Shown one piece after another: positions 27,920 through 37,437 of a DNA stretch of 45,041 bases (positions within the stretch are counted from its first letter, which is position 1; every line of letters starts with the position of its first letter). This stretch comes from Actinomycetota bacterium. GTDB lineage: Bacteria; Actinomycetota; Actinomycetes; Nanopelagicales; Nanopelagicaceae. The notes beneath the pieces are model-generated. The model ran no database searches and had not been told where the DNA came from. It was given only the letters and a program-made list of their open reading frames with translations. The position numbers were made by a program, and so were the translations under genes. The stretch covers positions 1-45,041 of the forward strand of contig RFSC01000001.1 in assembly GCA_009924185.1 (NCBI GenBank). Reading direction: 5' to 3'.

Positions 27920-29384
27920 TCGGAAACTTGATTCGGAACTCAGTTCCTTTTTCAACCTTAATAAAATCTAAAGAGCCAGCTAACTCATTTTGTGTCAGGG
28001 TTTGCACAATCTGCAAACCTAAGTTCACTTCATCTAAAGTGAAACCTTCTGGAACACCAACTCCATCATCAATGACCGCTACCTGCATAATCTGAGCATC
28101 TCGAGTCACATGTACCTCAACCTTTGAACCCTCTGTTGATAAACCATGCTCCAAGGCGTTATGAACCAGTTCGGTGACGACGAGCGCCAAAGGCGTCGCG
28201 ACCAGAGCCGGCACTAGTCCAAACTCCCCAACCTTAGAAATTGCTATTTGGTTTGGTCTAGTACTTAGCTCAACTGCGCTCTGCAAAATCTTGCTAATCA
28301 CCTCATCAAACTGCACTGAGTTTTGCGCGGTATTTGAAAGGGTTTCATGAACCAGCGCAATGGAAGCTACGCGCCGCACCGCCTCCTCAATCGCGGCACT
28401 TGCTGCGGCATCTTCGATACGCCTAGCCTGCAATCTAAGTAGCGCCGATACCGTTTGAAGATTATTTTTCACACGATGATGAATCTCGCGAATAGTGGCA
28501 TCTTTACTGATTAAAGCCCGGTCTTTTCTCCGTAGCTCAGTTACATTGTGAACCAGCACAACAGCGCCGATGCGATTGTCGGCCTCGGTCAGCGGAATCG
28601 CCAATAAATCTACAACTCCTCCTGAGTTCTCAAATTCGGCGCGACGCAATGAACGACCACTCATCGCAACTTGCCAATTCTCTTCTCGGGGCTGTAGTCC
28701 CTGACTCTGCAAAGTTAATGAATCTAGAACCTCACCTAGCTTGTGACCTTCAAGATCTCTCTCCCACCCAATTCGGCTAAATGCAGATCGCGCATTTGGG
28801 CTAGCGAATGTAATGGAGCCTTCTACATCTAAACGAACTAATCCATCCCCCACGCGAGGTGCAGCTTCCGCTAAATAAACTGAATCCTTAACAGGAAAAT
28901 TGCCCTCCGCAATCATGCGATAAATGTGATTTGCGATTTCTCGATAATTTAACTCCAAACGAGATGGAGTACGCATAGTTTCTAGATTACGGTGACGAGA
29001 AATTACGGCGATTACCTTCTTTTTAAACAAAACGGGGATGGTTTCCTCTTTAATCTTCAACTCACCAAATTGCTGTGGCTCAGTCTCTCTAACAATCTCA
29101 CCCGTTGATAGTGAATGGTCCAGGTTTGGTCTCTTTCCCCATGCCACTTCATCACCGATCACATCATGTGTAAAAACTGTCGCAGCGGTCATAGGGCGGA
29201 TTTGGGCGATTGCTCTATGACCCTCGGGCCAACTCTTCTCATCACTTCTTTTTGGAATCCAAAGAACCAAATCAGCAAATGAGATATCAGCCAAAAGCTG
29301 CCACTCAGCAACTAACTCTCCTAGCCGTGATACATCCTCAGCAGAAAGCGCGTTTGAACCCTCTACTAGGTGACGAAATGGCAT
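27909..29384 (-). CDS. pdtaS: cytoplasmic GAF/PAS sensor histidine kinase, PdtaS-type (HisKA_2)
   Basis: H-box IREIHHRVKNNLQTVSALLRLQ and a HATPase_c domain, with no TM segments. It is adjacent and convergent to whiB1, as for Rv3220c/Rv3219. I chose the ATG at 29384 (MPFRHLVEG...); the track start at 29483 overlaps the upstream gene. Confidence 0.8.
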   Translation of the reverse strand: MPFRHLVEGSNALSAEDVSRLGELVAEWQLLADISFADLVLWIPKRSDEKSWPEGHRAIAQIRPMTAATVFTHDVIGDEVAWGKRPNLDHSLSTGEIVRETEPQQFGELKIKEETIPVLFKKKVIAVISRHRNLETMRTPSRLELNYREIANHIYRMIAEGNFPVKDSVYLAEAAPRVGDGLVRLDVEGSITFASPNARSAFSRIGWERDLEGHKLGEVLDSLTLQSQGLQPREENWQVAMSGRSLRRAEFENSGGVVDLLAIPLTEADNRIGAVVLVHNVTELRRKDRALISKDATIREIHHRVKNNLQTVSALLRLQARRIEDAAASAAIEEAVRRVASIALVHETLSNTAQNSVQFDEVISKILQSAVELSTRPNQIAISKVGEFGLVPALVATPLALVVTELVHNALEHGLSTEGSKVEVHVTRDAQIMQVAVIDDGVGVPEGFTLDEVNLGLQIVQTLTQNELAGSLDFIKVEKGTEFRIKFPINR

Positions 29385-29403
29385 GGGCAGAGCGTACTCA
29401 AAC

Positions 29404-30420
29404 TTACTTGTTGAGATAAACCGCCAGTTCTTGGTAGGCCCGACGCAAGGCGCTCCGAGGAGAAACCTCCAGAACCGATGCAAATCTTCCTTGCGCCTTA
29501 TCCAAAAGCGAGTAGTCGGCTGGGATCAAAAAAGCTGAATTGTCGGTGCCAAGTTCATTTAACTTTCTTTGAAAGCTTCTCTTTATGCCCTGATGTCTAG
29601 ATGAAGAAGCTAATCTGTTCAATACGTAGGTAACTCTTATGTTAGGAATCATTGATTGAAGTTGGAGAGAAAACTCCTCCATCTGTGTCAAGGCATGATT
29701 TTCCGGTCCTACAACAAAAACCAACTCTTTACAGCTTTGCAGAAGTTCAGCAAAGCTCCTTCCCGGTGCTCTTCTATCACTCAAGGAGACCTCTATTTCC
29801 GGGGCGCTTCCCATGTCCAAAATACTCAAAATGTTTTGTCTATCTTCAAGAGCTTCATCCGAGGTGTTTGGGTGGAGATCTAAAATCGATAAATGATTGT
29901 TGAGCTTTACCCGATGCTGATCTCTCTTCATTCCTAACAGGTGCATCAGGTCTCGACGGTATGGATTCACATCATTTAGGAGAACATCACGAGAAAGGGA
30001 TAGCTCCGCTGCCAGATTCAATGCAATCGAAGATATGCCAGGTGATGCCCAGCTTCCAGTAATTCCAATGGCATTTCCAAAAGATCTCCGACTCGGATTG
30101 CTTTTAACCGCCTCAACCTTTCGCAATCTTTCATATGCCATTTCAAACAGAGCTTCAGGCTTTGGAACGCTCTCACTATTCAATATCAAATAGGAGATGC
30201 TCTCTGAAAAGTATCTGCTTAACTCTCCTAAATTCAGAGCAAAAACCTCATCCATGACAATTAGATAACGTTGATCAATATGGCATTTCTCTAGAATTCT
30301 CTGTAGATCACTAATGGCTAAAGCTCTGGAATTAAGGTTGAAATCCCTTTGGGTTAAGCTCTCGATTACCGCATCTTCCATTTGGAAGTTAGAGATAGCG
30401 GTAATTAACTCAATCTTCAT
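29404..30420 (-). CDS. TadZ/CpaE/Ssd-like ParA-MinD-fold protein with receiver-like N-domain and degenerate P-loop
   Basis: The region IGITGSWASPGISSIALNLAAEL aligns to the deviant Walker A position (xKGGxGK[ST]) but has no lysine. The downstream layout is ParA-like. The ~100-aa N-terminal domain resembles the atypical receiver of TadZ. ATGA coupling to the upstream CpaB-like gene. Confidence 0.55.
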   Translation of the reverse strand: MKIELITAISNFQMEDAVIESLTQRDFNLNSRALAISDLQRILEKCHIDQRYLIVMDEVFALNLGELSRYFSESISYLILNSESVPKPEALFEMAYERLRKVEAVKSNPSRRSFGNAIGITGSWASPGISSIALNLAAELSLSRDVLLNDVNPYRRDLMHLLGMKRDQHRVKLNNHLSILDLHPNTSDEALEDRQNILSILDMGSAPEIEVSLSDRRAPGRSFAELLQSCKELVFVVGPENHALTQMEEFSLQLQSMIPNIRVTYVLNRLASSSRHQGIKRSFQRKLNELGTDNSAFLIPADYSLLDKAQGRFASVLEVSPRSALRRAYQELAVYLNK

Positions 30421-31085
30421 AGCGTCTTTACTAGAACAAAGTCATGTGTGGAAATGGTGGAAACAAGCTCACTTACCAAATCCTTTGGGACGAGCAAGGT
30501 AATCGCAATCTCCCCTCCTAATTTGCCCGCCTCCGAGTCGATACCAGAGATACCTATTGCAGATAGCAACAACTTTGTCCGCAAATTCGAACTCTCTTGA
30601 CTAGCTGACATCTGTTGCTTGGGAACCCCATAAACATCAACTATTTGTCCAGTTTTGATCTGGTATGGCAATCGATTGATTGGAATAGAGATCGGCACCG
30701 CTCTCAAATCTGAAATAGGTTCTGTAGTAACCGCATAAGCTGGAATCAACTCAGCGGCGCCGATTGGTCGAATTACATAACTGCCTAGTATTGAACTGCT
30801 TCCATCAAGATAGTACTGCGCATTGTTCGGAATCAGTACCTTAGTCTGTTCCACATCCTCAATTTGAAGCACTGATCCAGGAGCCAGATCTTTTGTCGCA
30901 CTCCACACTGTCACCATTCGAGTTGAGGAGGTTGAAAGAAGATAGGCGGAGACAAATGATGTGCAGATCAGCAAAATTCCGAAGGCGAGTCTAAGATTGA
31001 AGTTAATTTTGAACTGGGAGATTGATTTGATCTGGTTCAAGGATTTATCATTTTTAGTCTTTTGCTTCATGACAGATAAATACAC
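30417..31085 (-). CDS. SAF-domain / CpaB (RcpC)-like Flp-pilus-assembly-type protein
   Basis: N-terminal TM helix, SAF-like segment VWSATKDLAPGSVLQIEDVEQTKV, then the beta-clip-like LRAVPISIPINRLPYQIKTGQIVDVYG typical of CpaB. The start is uncertain: GTG 31085 or ATG 31070, neither with a clear SD. Confidence 0.6.
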   Translation of the reverse strand: MYLSVMKQKTKNDKSLNQIKSISQFKINFNLRLAFGILLICTSFVSAYLLSTSSTRMVTVWSATKDLAPGSVLQIEDVEQTKVLIPNNAQYYLDGSSSILGSYVIRPIGAAELIPAYAVTTEPISDLRAVPISIPINRLPYQIKTGQIVDVYGVPKQQMSASQESSNLRTKLLLSAIGISGIDSEAGKLGGEIAITLLVPKDLVSELVSTISTHDFVLVKTL

Positions 31086-31142
31086 CTAGATACCAGGTGA
31101 AGTACTCGTTATCCACAGCTCCTTCGACCGATTTTTATGGAG

Positions 31143-31160
31143 CTCATACTTAAGTATGAG
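31143..31160. promoter_or_regulatory. 18-bp perfect palindrome CTCATACTTAAGTATGAG in a divergent intergenic region
   Basis: Read directly. It lies between the CpaB-like gene (minus) and the Rv3235-like gene (plus), 34 nt upstream of the ATG at 31194. Confidence 0.5.
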
Positions 31161-31193
31161 GAAAGTGGAGTGTGATTAAGCCACTCTGGGCCG

Positions 31194-31688
31194 ATGAAAA
31201 ATACTAATCCTTACCTGGAAAGTGATTTAGATGATTTTGTCCCTCATCCAACTCTGCAGTTCTTTATCAATTCAGACAATGGATTAAATCTCTATGAGCG
31301 CTCCAACAAGCTTTATCTTGTCCCCACAACACATGGCGAGAGCTATGACCCTGATTTCGCTCCGAATCCCTCACCGCTTGCTGACCTTCCAAATCTCGAG
31401 CGTTGGACATTAACCTACGTAGTAAGCGCTATCGAAATAATGGCAGGACGGCGTCCCGTCCAACAACTTGCCCGTTCAACCCATCGCTTCACATACAACT
31501 CTTTATTGCGAAGTATTGGTTCAGTCTCAGAGCTGCCAAAGATTAAACGTATCCATCGAAATCAACCCATTGAAGGGGTAGTCGAACTCACCGCAATCTT
31601 GTCTTTCAAAGATCGAGTGCGCTCCCTAGTTGCCAGGTTTGAAGGCGTGGATAGAAAGTGGCTTTGTACCGAGCTCGAGTTGTTATGA
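31194..31688 (+). CDS. Rv3235-family (DUF6459-like) conserved actinobacterial protein
   Basis: 164 aa. The segment [28 protein letters not shown] matches my recollection of the (V/I)LxGRRPxxQL signature of this family, which commonly sits beside secA. This is from memory and not verified. Confidence 0.55.
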   Translation: MKNTNPYLESDLDDFVPHPTLQFFINSDNGLNLYERSNKLYLVPTTHGESYDPDFAPNPSPLADLPNLERWTLTYVVSAIEIMAGRRPVQQLARSTHRFTYNSLLRSIGSVSELPKIKRIHRNQPIEGVVELTAILSFKDRVRSLVARFEGVDRKWLCTELELL

Positions 31689-34367
31689 AGCCCCGTGGCA
31701 ACGTTTATATTTTTTGCCAGAGCCACATGGACAAGGTGCGTTGCGTGAGGTTCCTCCATCACTTCCTGCACCACTAGCGGACGCAGCTTCACCAGTTTCA
31801 CTCGGGGCGGAGTAACGCAAAGCCTGATTCTGTGTTGGTTGGGCTACACCTTTAGCTTCTACCTGTTGGTTTTCAATCTTCACCTCAACGTTGAATAGGA
31901 AACCAACCATCTCCTCTTTAATGGCATCCATCATCGCGGCAAATAACTCATATCCCTCTTTTTGATACTCAACAAGTGGATCGCGTTGCGCCATTGCTCG
32001 CAGGCCAATTCCCTCTTGCAGATAATCCATCTCATAGAGGTGCTCGCGCCATTTACGATCAAGTACGGAAAGCAAAATCTTGCGCTCTAAATCTCTAGTT
32101 ACTTCTGAACCGAGCTCTTGCTCTCTCTTCTCATATGCAGCGAAAATGTCATCGATAATTCTTTGAGCTAGATACTCAGAATCCAAACCAGAACGTCCGC
32201 CTGCTTCACTTTCTAACTCTTGTACAGTGAAGGAGATGGGGTAGGTTGATTTCAGAACGGTCCATAGTTGTTCTAGATCCCATTCCTCTGGGAAACCTTC
32301 GCTGGTCGCCGCAGAAACATATCCCCGGATGGTGTCTGCGATAAATGTGGAAACTTGTTCCTTGATATCGGCACCTTCAAGAACTTCGCGGCGTTCACGA
32401 TAAATAACCTCACGCTGACGGTTCATTACATCGTCATACTTCAAAACATTCTTACGCATCTCGAAGTTTTGCGCCTCCACCTGAGTCTGCGCAGATTTAA
32501 TGGCGTTGGAGACCATTTTGGACTCGATTGGAGTGTCTTCAGGAATGCCTGCTGCATTTAGAAAACGCTCAACTAATGCTGAATTGAAGCGACGCATTAA
32601 CTCATCTTGGAGAGAGAGATAGAAACGTGATTCACCTGGATCGCCTTGACGACCAGAACGACCTCTTAGCTGATTATCAATACGACGTGATTCATGGCGT
32701 TCGGTACCTAATACATAAAGGCCACCAAGAGCTACTACCTCATCATGTCCCTTAGCAACCGCTGCCTTTTGCTTGGCTAACTCTGCGGGCCAAAGTGATT
32801 CGTACTGCTCTGGGTTGTCGACCGGAGATATTCCCTGACGTTGCAATTCGAAATCCGCCATGAACTCAGGGTTTCCGCCCAACATGATGTCAGTTCCGCG
32901 GCCTGCCATATTGGTGGCAACTGTTACCGCTCCGGCTGTACCGGCTCTAGCGATAATCGCAGCTTCACGTTCATGTTGCTTCGCATTTAAAACTTCATGA
33001 GGAATTCCCTTGCGGCGTAAAGTTTGGGATAACACCTCAGATTTTTCTACGCTAACAGTTCCGACTAGAACTGGCTGACCTTTACGATGACGCTCAACAA
33101 TGTCATTGGCAACCGCCTCAAATTTCGCGGTTTCGGTCTTATAAACCAGATCAGATTGATCTACACGTTGCATACTCTTATTGGTTGGAATTGGAATTAC
33201 ACCCAACTTGTAAATCTGAAGAAACTCAGCCGCCTCAGTCATAGCGGTACCGGTCATTCCTGACAACTTGTCATACAAGCGGAAGTAGTTTTGCAAAGTA
33301 ATCGTAGCCAGGGTTTGGTTTTCATCTTTGATCTCAACCCGCTCTTTGGCCTCAAGGGCTTGATGCAAACCTTCGCTGTAACGTCTTCCTGACAAAACGC
33401 GACCAGTGTGTTCATCGACAATTAGAAGTTCGCCATTCATAATCACATAATCGCGATCCTTCTTGAATAATTCCTTGGCCTTAAGGGCATTATTCAAATA
33501 GCCAATCATTGGGGTATTTACTGATTCGTATAGATTTTCAATGCCTAGTAGCTCTTCAACTTTGGTTACGCCGGCGTCGAGAATTCCTGTGTTTCGCTTC
33601 TTCTCATCGACCTCATAATGCTCACCACGAACTAGGCGATCCGCTACCTTGGCAAACTCGACGTACCACTTGGTCGGCTTATCTGCCGGACCACTAATGA
33701 TTAGCGGAGTACGGGCCTCGTCAATCAAAATTGAATCTACTTCATCAACAATGGCGAAGTTGTGTTCGCGCTGTACGCAATCCACCAAATTCCAAGCCAT
33801 GTTGTCACGCAAATAATCAAAACCAAACTCATTATTTGTGCCGTAGGTAATGTCAGCGGCATATTGCATTCGACGCTCTGCTGGAGTCATCGATGCCAAA
33901 ATGACACCGACCTTCAAACCTAGAAAACGATGAATACGTCCCATCCACTCGCTATCACGCTCTGCCAAGTAATCATTTGTGGTGACAATATGAACGCCTA
34001 ATCCAGTAAGTGCATTTAGATATGAAGGGAGTGTTGCGACCAAGGTCTTTCCCTCACCGGTACGCATTTCGGCGATATTGCCACGGTGCAATGCAGCACC
34101 ACCCATGATTTGAACATCGTAATGGCGTTGACCCAAAGTTCTTTTTGAGGCTTCTCTGACGACGGCAAAGGCCTCAGGAAGAATGTCATCTAAATCCTCA
34201 CCCTGCTCAAGACGGTCTTTGAATTTATCGGTCATTGAGCGCAACTGCTCATCACTCATTGCAGCAAAAGTAACTTCATGCGAGTTAACTTCTACAACAA
34301 TCTTCTCGAGTTGCTTCAAAGCCCGACCTTCGCCAGCGCGAAGAATCTTGTCCAGAATTGCGACCAC
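31683..34367 (-). CDS. secA: preprotein translocase ATPase SecA
   Basis: 894 aa with Walker [10 protein letters not shown], full DEAD-motor, PPXD and HSD architecture, and the C-terminal zinc-binding tail [17 protein letters not shown] start with a GGAAGG SD. Confidence 0.97.
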   Translation of the reverse strand: MVAILDKILRAGEGRALKQLEKIVVEVNSHEVTFAAMSDEQLRSMTDKFKDRLEQGEDLDDILPEAFAVVREASKRTLGQRHYDVQIMGGAALHRGNIAEMRTGEGKTLVATLPSYLNALTGLGVHIVTTNDYLAERDSEWMGRIHRFLGLKVGVILASMTPAERRMQYAADITYGTNNEFGFDYLRDNMAWNLVDCVQREHNFAIVDEVDSILIDEARTPLIISGPADKPTKWYVEFAKVADRLVRGEHYEVDEKKRNTGILDAGVTKVEELLGIENLYESVNTPMIGYLNNALKAKELFKKDRDYVIMNGELLIVDEHTGRVLSGRRYSEGLHQALEAKERVEIKDENQTLATITLQNYFRLYDKLSGMTGTAMTEAAEFLQIYKLGVIPIPTNKSMQRVDQSDLVYKTETAKFEAVANDIVERHRKGQPVLVGTVSVEKSEVLSQTLRRKGIPHEVLNAKQHEREAAIIARAGTAGAVTVATNMAGRGTDIMLGGNPEFMADFELQRQGISPVDNPEQYESLWPAELAKQKAAVAKGHDEVVALGGLYVLGTERHESRRIDNQLRGRSGRQGDPGESRFYLSLQDELMRRFNSALVERFLNAAGIPEDTPIESKMVSNAIKSAQTQVEAQNFEMRKNVLKYDDVMNRQREVIYRERREVLEGADIKEQVSTFIADTIRGYVSAATSEGFPEEWDLEQLWTVLKSTYPISFTVQELESEAGGRSGLDSEYLAQRIIDDIFAAYEKREQELGSEVTRDLERKILLSVLDRKWREHLYEMDYLQEGIGLRAMAQRDPLVEYQKEGYELFAAMMDAIKEEMVGFLFNVEVKIENQQVEAKGVAQPTQNQALRYSAPSETGEAASASGAGSDGGTSRNAPCPCGSGKKYKRCHGAS

Positions 34368-34412
34368 GTGTCAGCCTTCCATGGGTTGTTTCAAGGTAGG
34401 TTCCTTATGGGC

Positions 34413-35114
34413 CTATCGTATTAGTAGGTGGTGGGCTGATGCACATGCGGTTGCTGCGCCCAAAATTGTCATTTTTCTCTCTCTAAGGGTGGATTCGGCG
34501 CTCAGAAGTGTGGCACCTGATGTAACTACATCATCGACCAAGATGATCTGCTTATCGGCCATTGCCATCAATTCTCGGTCACTTTTAAAGATCTTGAAAG
34601 CATCTCTTAAGTTGGCCTTTCTTTCTTCATAACTCAACTCTGATTGATCTTGAACTGATTTATGGTGCTTTAGCAGCTCTATCCATTGCACGCCTGTAAA
34701 GCCTTTGCGTTTCAATTGACTGGTTGAGATTTCCAAAATTGGGTGCAGAAAGGAACCACCTCTTCTGCGAATTGCTCTTCTAGTAGATGGAATCGGAACT
34801 AGAACACAATCATTTAAATCAACCATTTCGCCCCATGAAACAATTGAGCGCGTTAACGCATTTGCCATTAGCTTCTGTGCAATTCTCAAACCATCTTCTT
34901 TTGCCTTCAGTACGACGCTTGATACATCGGCGCTATACGGAACTGTTGAATAGATCTCTAAACTCTTGATTGCAAACCTGGTGGGAGTTGAATGCCAGGG
35001 CACCGCGCAATCCCGGCAAATAGCTACAGACTCTTTTTCGCAAATCAAACACAGTTCTGGAAAAACTAAAGAACGCAGACCTTCAGTAATCTCCCTTAAG
35101 TTTTCCAAAATCAT
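34413..35114 (-). CDS. ComF-family phosphoribosyltransferase-domain protein
   Basis: N-terminal Cys pairs (CLICEKES...CRDC) and the PRPP-binding loop ILVDDVVTSGATL. Confidence 0.8.
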   Translation of the reverse strand: MILENLREITEGLRSLVFPELCLICEKESVAICRDCAVPWHSTPTRFAIKSLEIYSTVPYSADVSSVVLKAKEDGLRIAQKLMANALTRSIVSWGEMVDLNDCVLVPIPSTRRAIRRRGGSFLHPILEISTSQLKRKGFTGVQWIELLKHHKSVQDQSELSYEERKANLRDAFKIFKSDRELMAMADKQIILVDDVVTSGATLLSAESTLRERKMTILGAATACASAHHLLIR

Positions 35115-35155
35115 AGGAAGGGATTTGATAATAGATCATTAGGTTGACCCTGGAA

Positions 35156-36730
35156 TCAGGATAACTTTGTGGGAATCTCTGATGTGGGAATCTCGGACGC
35201 GGGAATCTCTGAAAGTGGAAACTCCGCAAATGATGAACCACTTATCTTTGGCAAAGTGAGCACAAAGTTAGAACCCTTGCCTAGTTCTCCCCAAACCTTA
35301 ATCACTCCGCCATGCAGCGAGGCATCCTCTTTGGCAATCGCTAATCCCAAACCAGTGCCACCTCTCTCGCGGGAGCGTGAAGGATCAGCGCGCCAGAAAC
35401 GATCAAACACCCGCTCAATCTGCGACTCAGTTAGTCCAACCCCATAATCGCGAACAGAAATCGAGACCGCTGCCTCATTTTCATTAATCGTGACATGAAT
35501 CGGCTTGCCCTCTGAGTGATCAATTGCATTTGCCAACAGATTTCGCATGATTCTCTCTAAGCGTCTGGAGTCAGCCTCCAAGATGACTGGTTTTTCAGGA
35601 CAGCTGAGATGAAACTGCGTAGCTTTCTCTTTTGATGAAATTCCCAAATCATCAACACATCTTCGAACTAGCGAGGTAGCATCGACTTGATCCAATGAAA
35701 GTGTCGCTACTTGAGCATCAAATCTACTAACTTCGAGCAGATCAGATAGCAGATTTTCAAACCTATCAATTTGAGAGACCAGTAATTCGCTGCTACGGGA
35801 AATGTTTGGATCAAAGCCATCCTTTGCCGAGTGAATAACATCAGAGGCCATTCTGATTGTAGTTAATGGCGTGCGCAGCTCATGAGAAACATCAGAGACA
35901 AATCTCTGTTGAAGGCGGGAGAGATTTTCTAGTCGCGAAATTTGTTGTTCGAGGGTGTCAGCCATTTCATTAAAGGCCTGACCTAGTCGGGCAACTTCAT
36001 CCTCTCCCCTAACCTCCATGCGTTTTAATAGATCGCCAGAGGTGAGCTGCTCTGCGATTTCAGCGGCATACTTAACCGGCCTGATAACTTGCCGTAAAAC
36101 TACAGAGGCGACAATCATGATGAGTGCAATAAGTAGTAAACCGGTGCCCCACATCGAGCGACCAATTAGATCAATGGTGCGCTGTTGAGCATCAAAACCG
36201 AAAAGCACATACATTTCATATTTGCCAACATTTGGTAGCGATAACTGTCTGCCAATCACCACACCATTTAAAGTTTCACCGTTTACATAAACTAGTTTGG
36301 TTTTTCGCCAAATCAGTTGATCACTGCCACGGACTTTCTCCCTAAAACTTGGTGGGATAGAACTAGGCTCTAAGAAGTTTGAAGTGGAGATCGCAGGTAT
36401 GCCACGGATCTCTCGATCGGCGCTCTGAAGCAAGGCGACCTCACGCCCAGACTCCTTCGCACTTAAGTTGCTGGAGTTAACAATCTCTGAAATCAACAAC
36501 TTATAATCATTTGCAGAGCTAACCCCCGAGACTATAAATCGGTAATCCGCATATTGGATGGCAGATTGAGCCTCAGAAATAGAAGCAGTTACCTTCTCAT
36601 CAATAATGCCGTCAGAGATGCGGCCATACAGATTTGAACCAAGAAAATAGATGATTGCGATTGAGATTAAGCCCGAAATTGTAAAAACTCTGCGGAAAAG
36701 TGATCTGCGAAAGAAGCTGGTTACTAACAC
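35156..36730 (-). CDS. mtrB: sensor histidine kinase MtrB
   Basis: Two TM helices flank a ~150-aa extracytoplasmic domain, followed by HAMP, the H-box FVSDVSHELRTPLTTIRMASDVI and HATPase_c. It lies directly downstream of mtrA. Confidence 0.9.
   Translation of the reverse strand: MLVTSFFRRSLFRRVFTISGLISIAIIYFLGSNLYGRISDGIIDEKVTASISEAQSAIQYADYRFIVSGVSSANDYKLLISEIVNSSNLSAKESGREVALLQSADREIRGIPAISTSNFLEPSSIPPSFREKVRGSDQLIWRKTKLVYVNGETLNGVVIGRQLSLPNVGKYEMYVLFGFDAQQRTIDLIGRSMWGTGLLLIALIMIVASVVLRQVIRPVKYAAEIAEQLTSGDLLKRMEVRGEDEVARLGQAFNEMADTLEQQISRLENLSRLQQRFVSDVSHELRTPLTTIRMASDVIHSAKDGFDPNISRSSELLVSQIDRFENLLSDLLEVSRFDAQVATLSLDQVDATSLVRRCVDDLGISSKEKATQFHLSCPEKPVILEADSRRLERIMRNLLANAIDHSEGKPIHVTINENEAAVSISVRDYGVGLTESQIERVFDRFWRADPSRSRERGGTGLGLAIAKEDASLHGGVIKVWGELGKGSNFVLTLPKISGSSFAEFPLSEIPASEIPTSEIPTKLS
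35171..35230. repeat. 15-bp tandem repeat (3 good copies plus 1 degenerate) encoding the MtrB C-terminal tail (EFPL-SEIPA-SEIPT-SEIPT)
   Basis: GGGAATCTCTGATGT / GGGAATCTCGGACGC / GGGAATCTCTGAAAG / TGGAAACTCCGCAAA, read on the plus strand. Confidence 0.9.
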
Positions 36731-36747
36731 GGAAATGCGGTTCCAAA

Positions 36748-37437
36748 TCAGCTTCTGTGGCCTGTTGTGCCCGCTTTGTAACCTATGCCTCGAACTGTAT
36801 TAATGATTGTGGGATTTTCAGGATCATGTTCGATTTTGGCCCGCAATCTCTGGACGTGAACATTCACCAATCTAGTGTCAGTTGAATGTCTATATCCCCA
36901 AACTTCACCTAATAAAGCCTCTCGGGTAAACACTCGACCAGGTTCTTTAGCGAGAGCAACAAGTAGATCAAACTCTAAACGGGTTAGCGGGATCTCTTTT
37001 CCGCCCCGGGTAACGGTGTGCTCGACGATATCGATTGCTAGATCACCAATTGTTAAATTGCTAGAGATTTCTCCGCCAGCACGACGCAACCTGGTTCTAA
37101 TTCTGGCTACTAATTCAGATGGTTTGAATGGCTTGACCATGTAATCATCGGCGCCAGCTTCTAGCCCCTTAACGATGTCATGGGTATCGCTTTTCGCGGT
37201 CAGCATCACGATAGGAACACGTACCGATTGTTTGCGAATCTGTTTGCAAACCTCGATGCCATCCATGCCCGGCAACATAATGTCCAACAAAACTAAATCA
37301 GGTGGATTGTTACGAAAAACCTCAACTGCTTCATCACCCCGACTTACTAGATCAACCTCAATGCCCACACCATTTAAGACAATGCCAAGCATCTCAGCTA
37401 GATCTTGGTCGTCATCGACGACCATAACCGAGGTCAT
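36748..37437 (-). CDS. mtrA: OmpR-family response regulator MtrA
   Basis: Shows very high pattern identity to mycobacterial MtrA. Examples: VVDDDQDLAEML, DLVLLDIMLPGMDGIEVC, IVMLTAKSDT, DDYMVKPFKPSELVARIR, VWGYRHSTDTRLVNVHVQRLRAKIEHDPENP. Confidence 0.95.
   Translation of the reverse strand: MTSVMVVDDDQDLAEMLGIVLNGVGIEVDLVSRGDEAVEVFRNNPPDLVLLDIMLPGMDGIEVCKQIRKQSVRVPIVMLTAKSDTHDIVKGLEAGADDYMVKPFKPSELVARIRTRLRRAGGEISSNLTIGDLAIDIVEHTVTRGGKEIPLTRLEFDLLVALAKEPGRVFTREALLGEVWGYRHSTDTRLVNVHVQRLRAKIEHDPENPTIINTVRGIGYKAGTTGHRS

Noticed and set aside
29385-29483. N-terminal extension of the PdtaS-type kinase (track start 29483)
   Set aside because: The extension overlaps the TadZ-like gene by 80 nt and reads as non-native sequence (MHRFWRFLLGAPCVGPTKNW...). 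The ATG at 29384 (MPFRHLVEG) removes the overlap.
29404-31085. Calling this a Tad/Flp pilus secretion locus
   Set aside because: Only CpaB-like and TadZ-like genes are present. There is no TadA/CpaF ATPase, TadB/C, secretin or pilin in the window, so I report it as an orphan pair, not a system.
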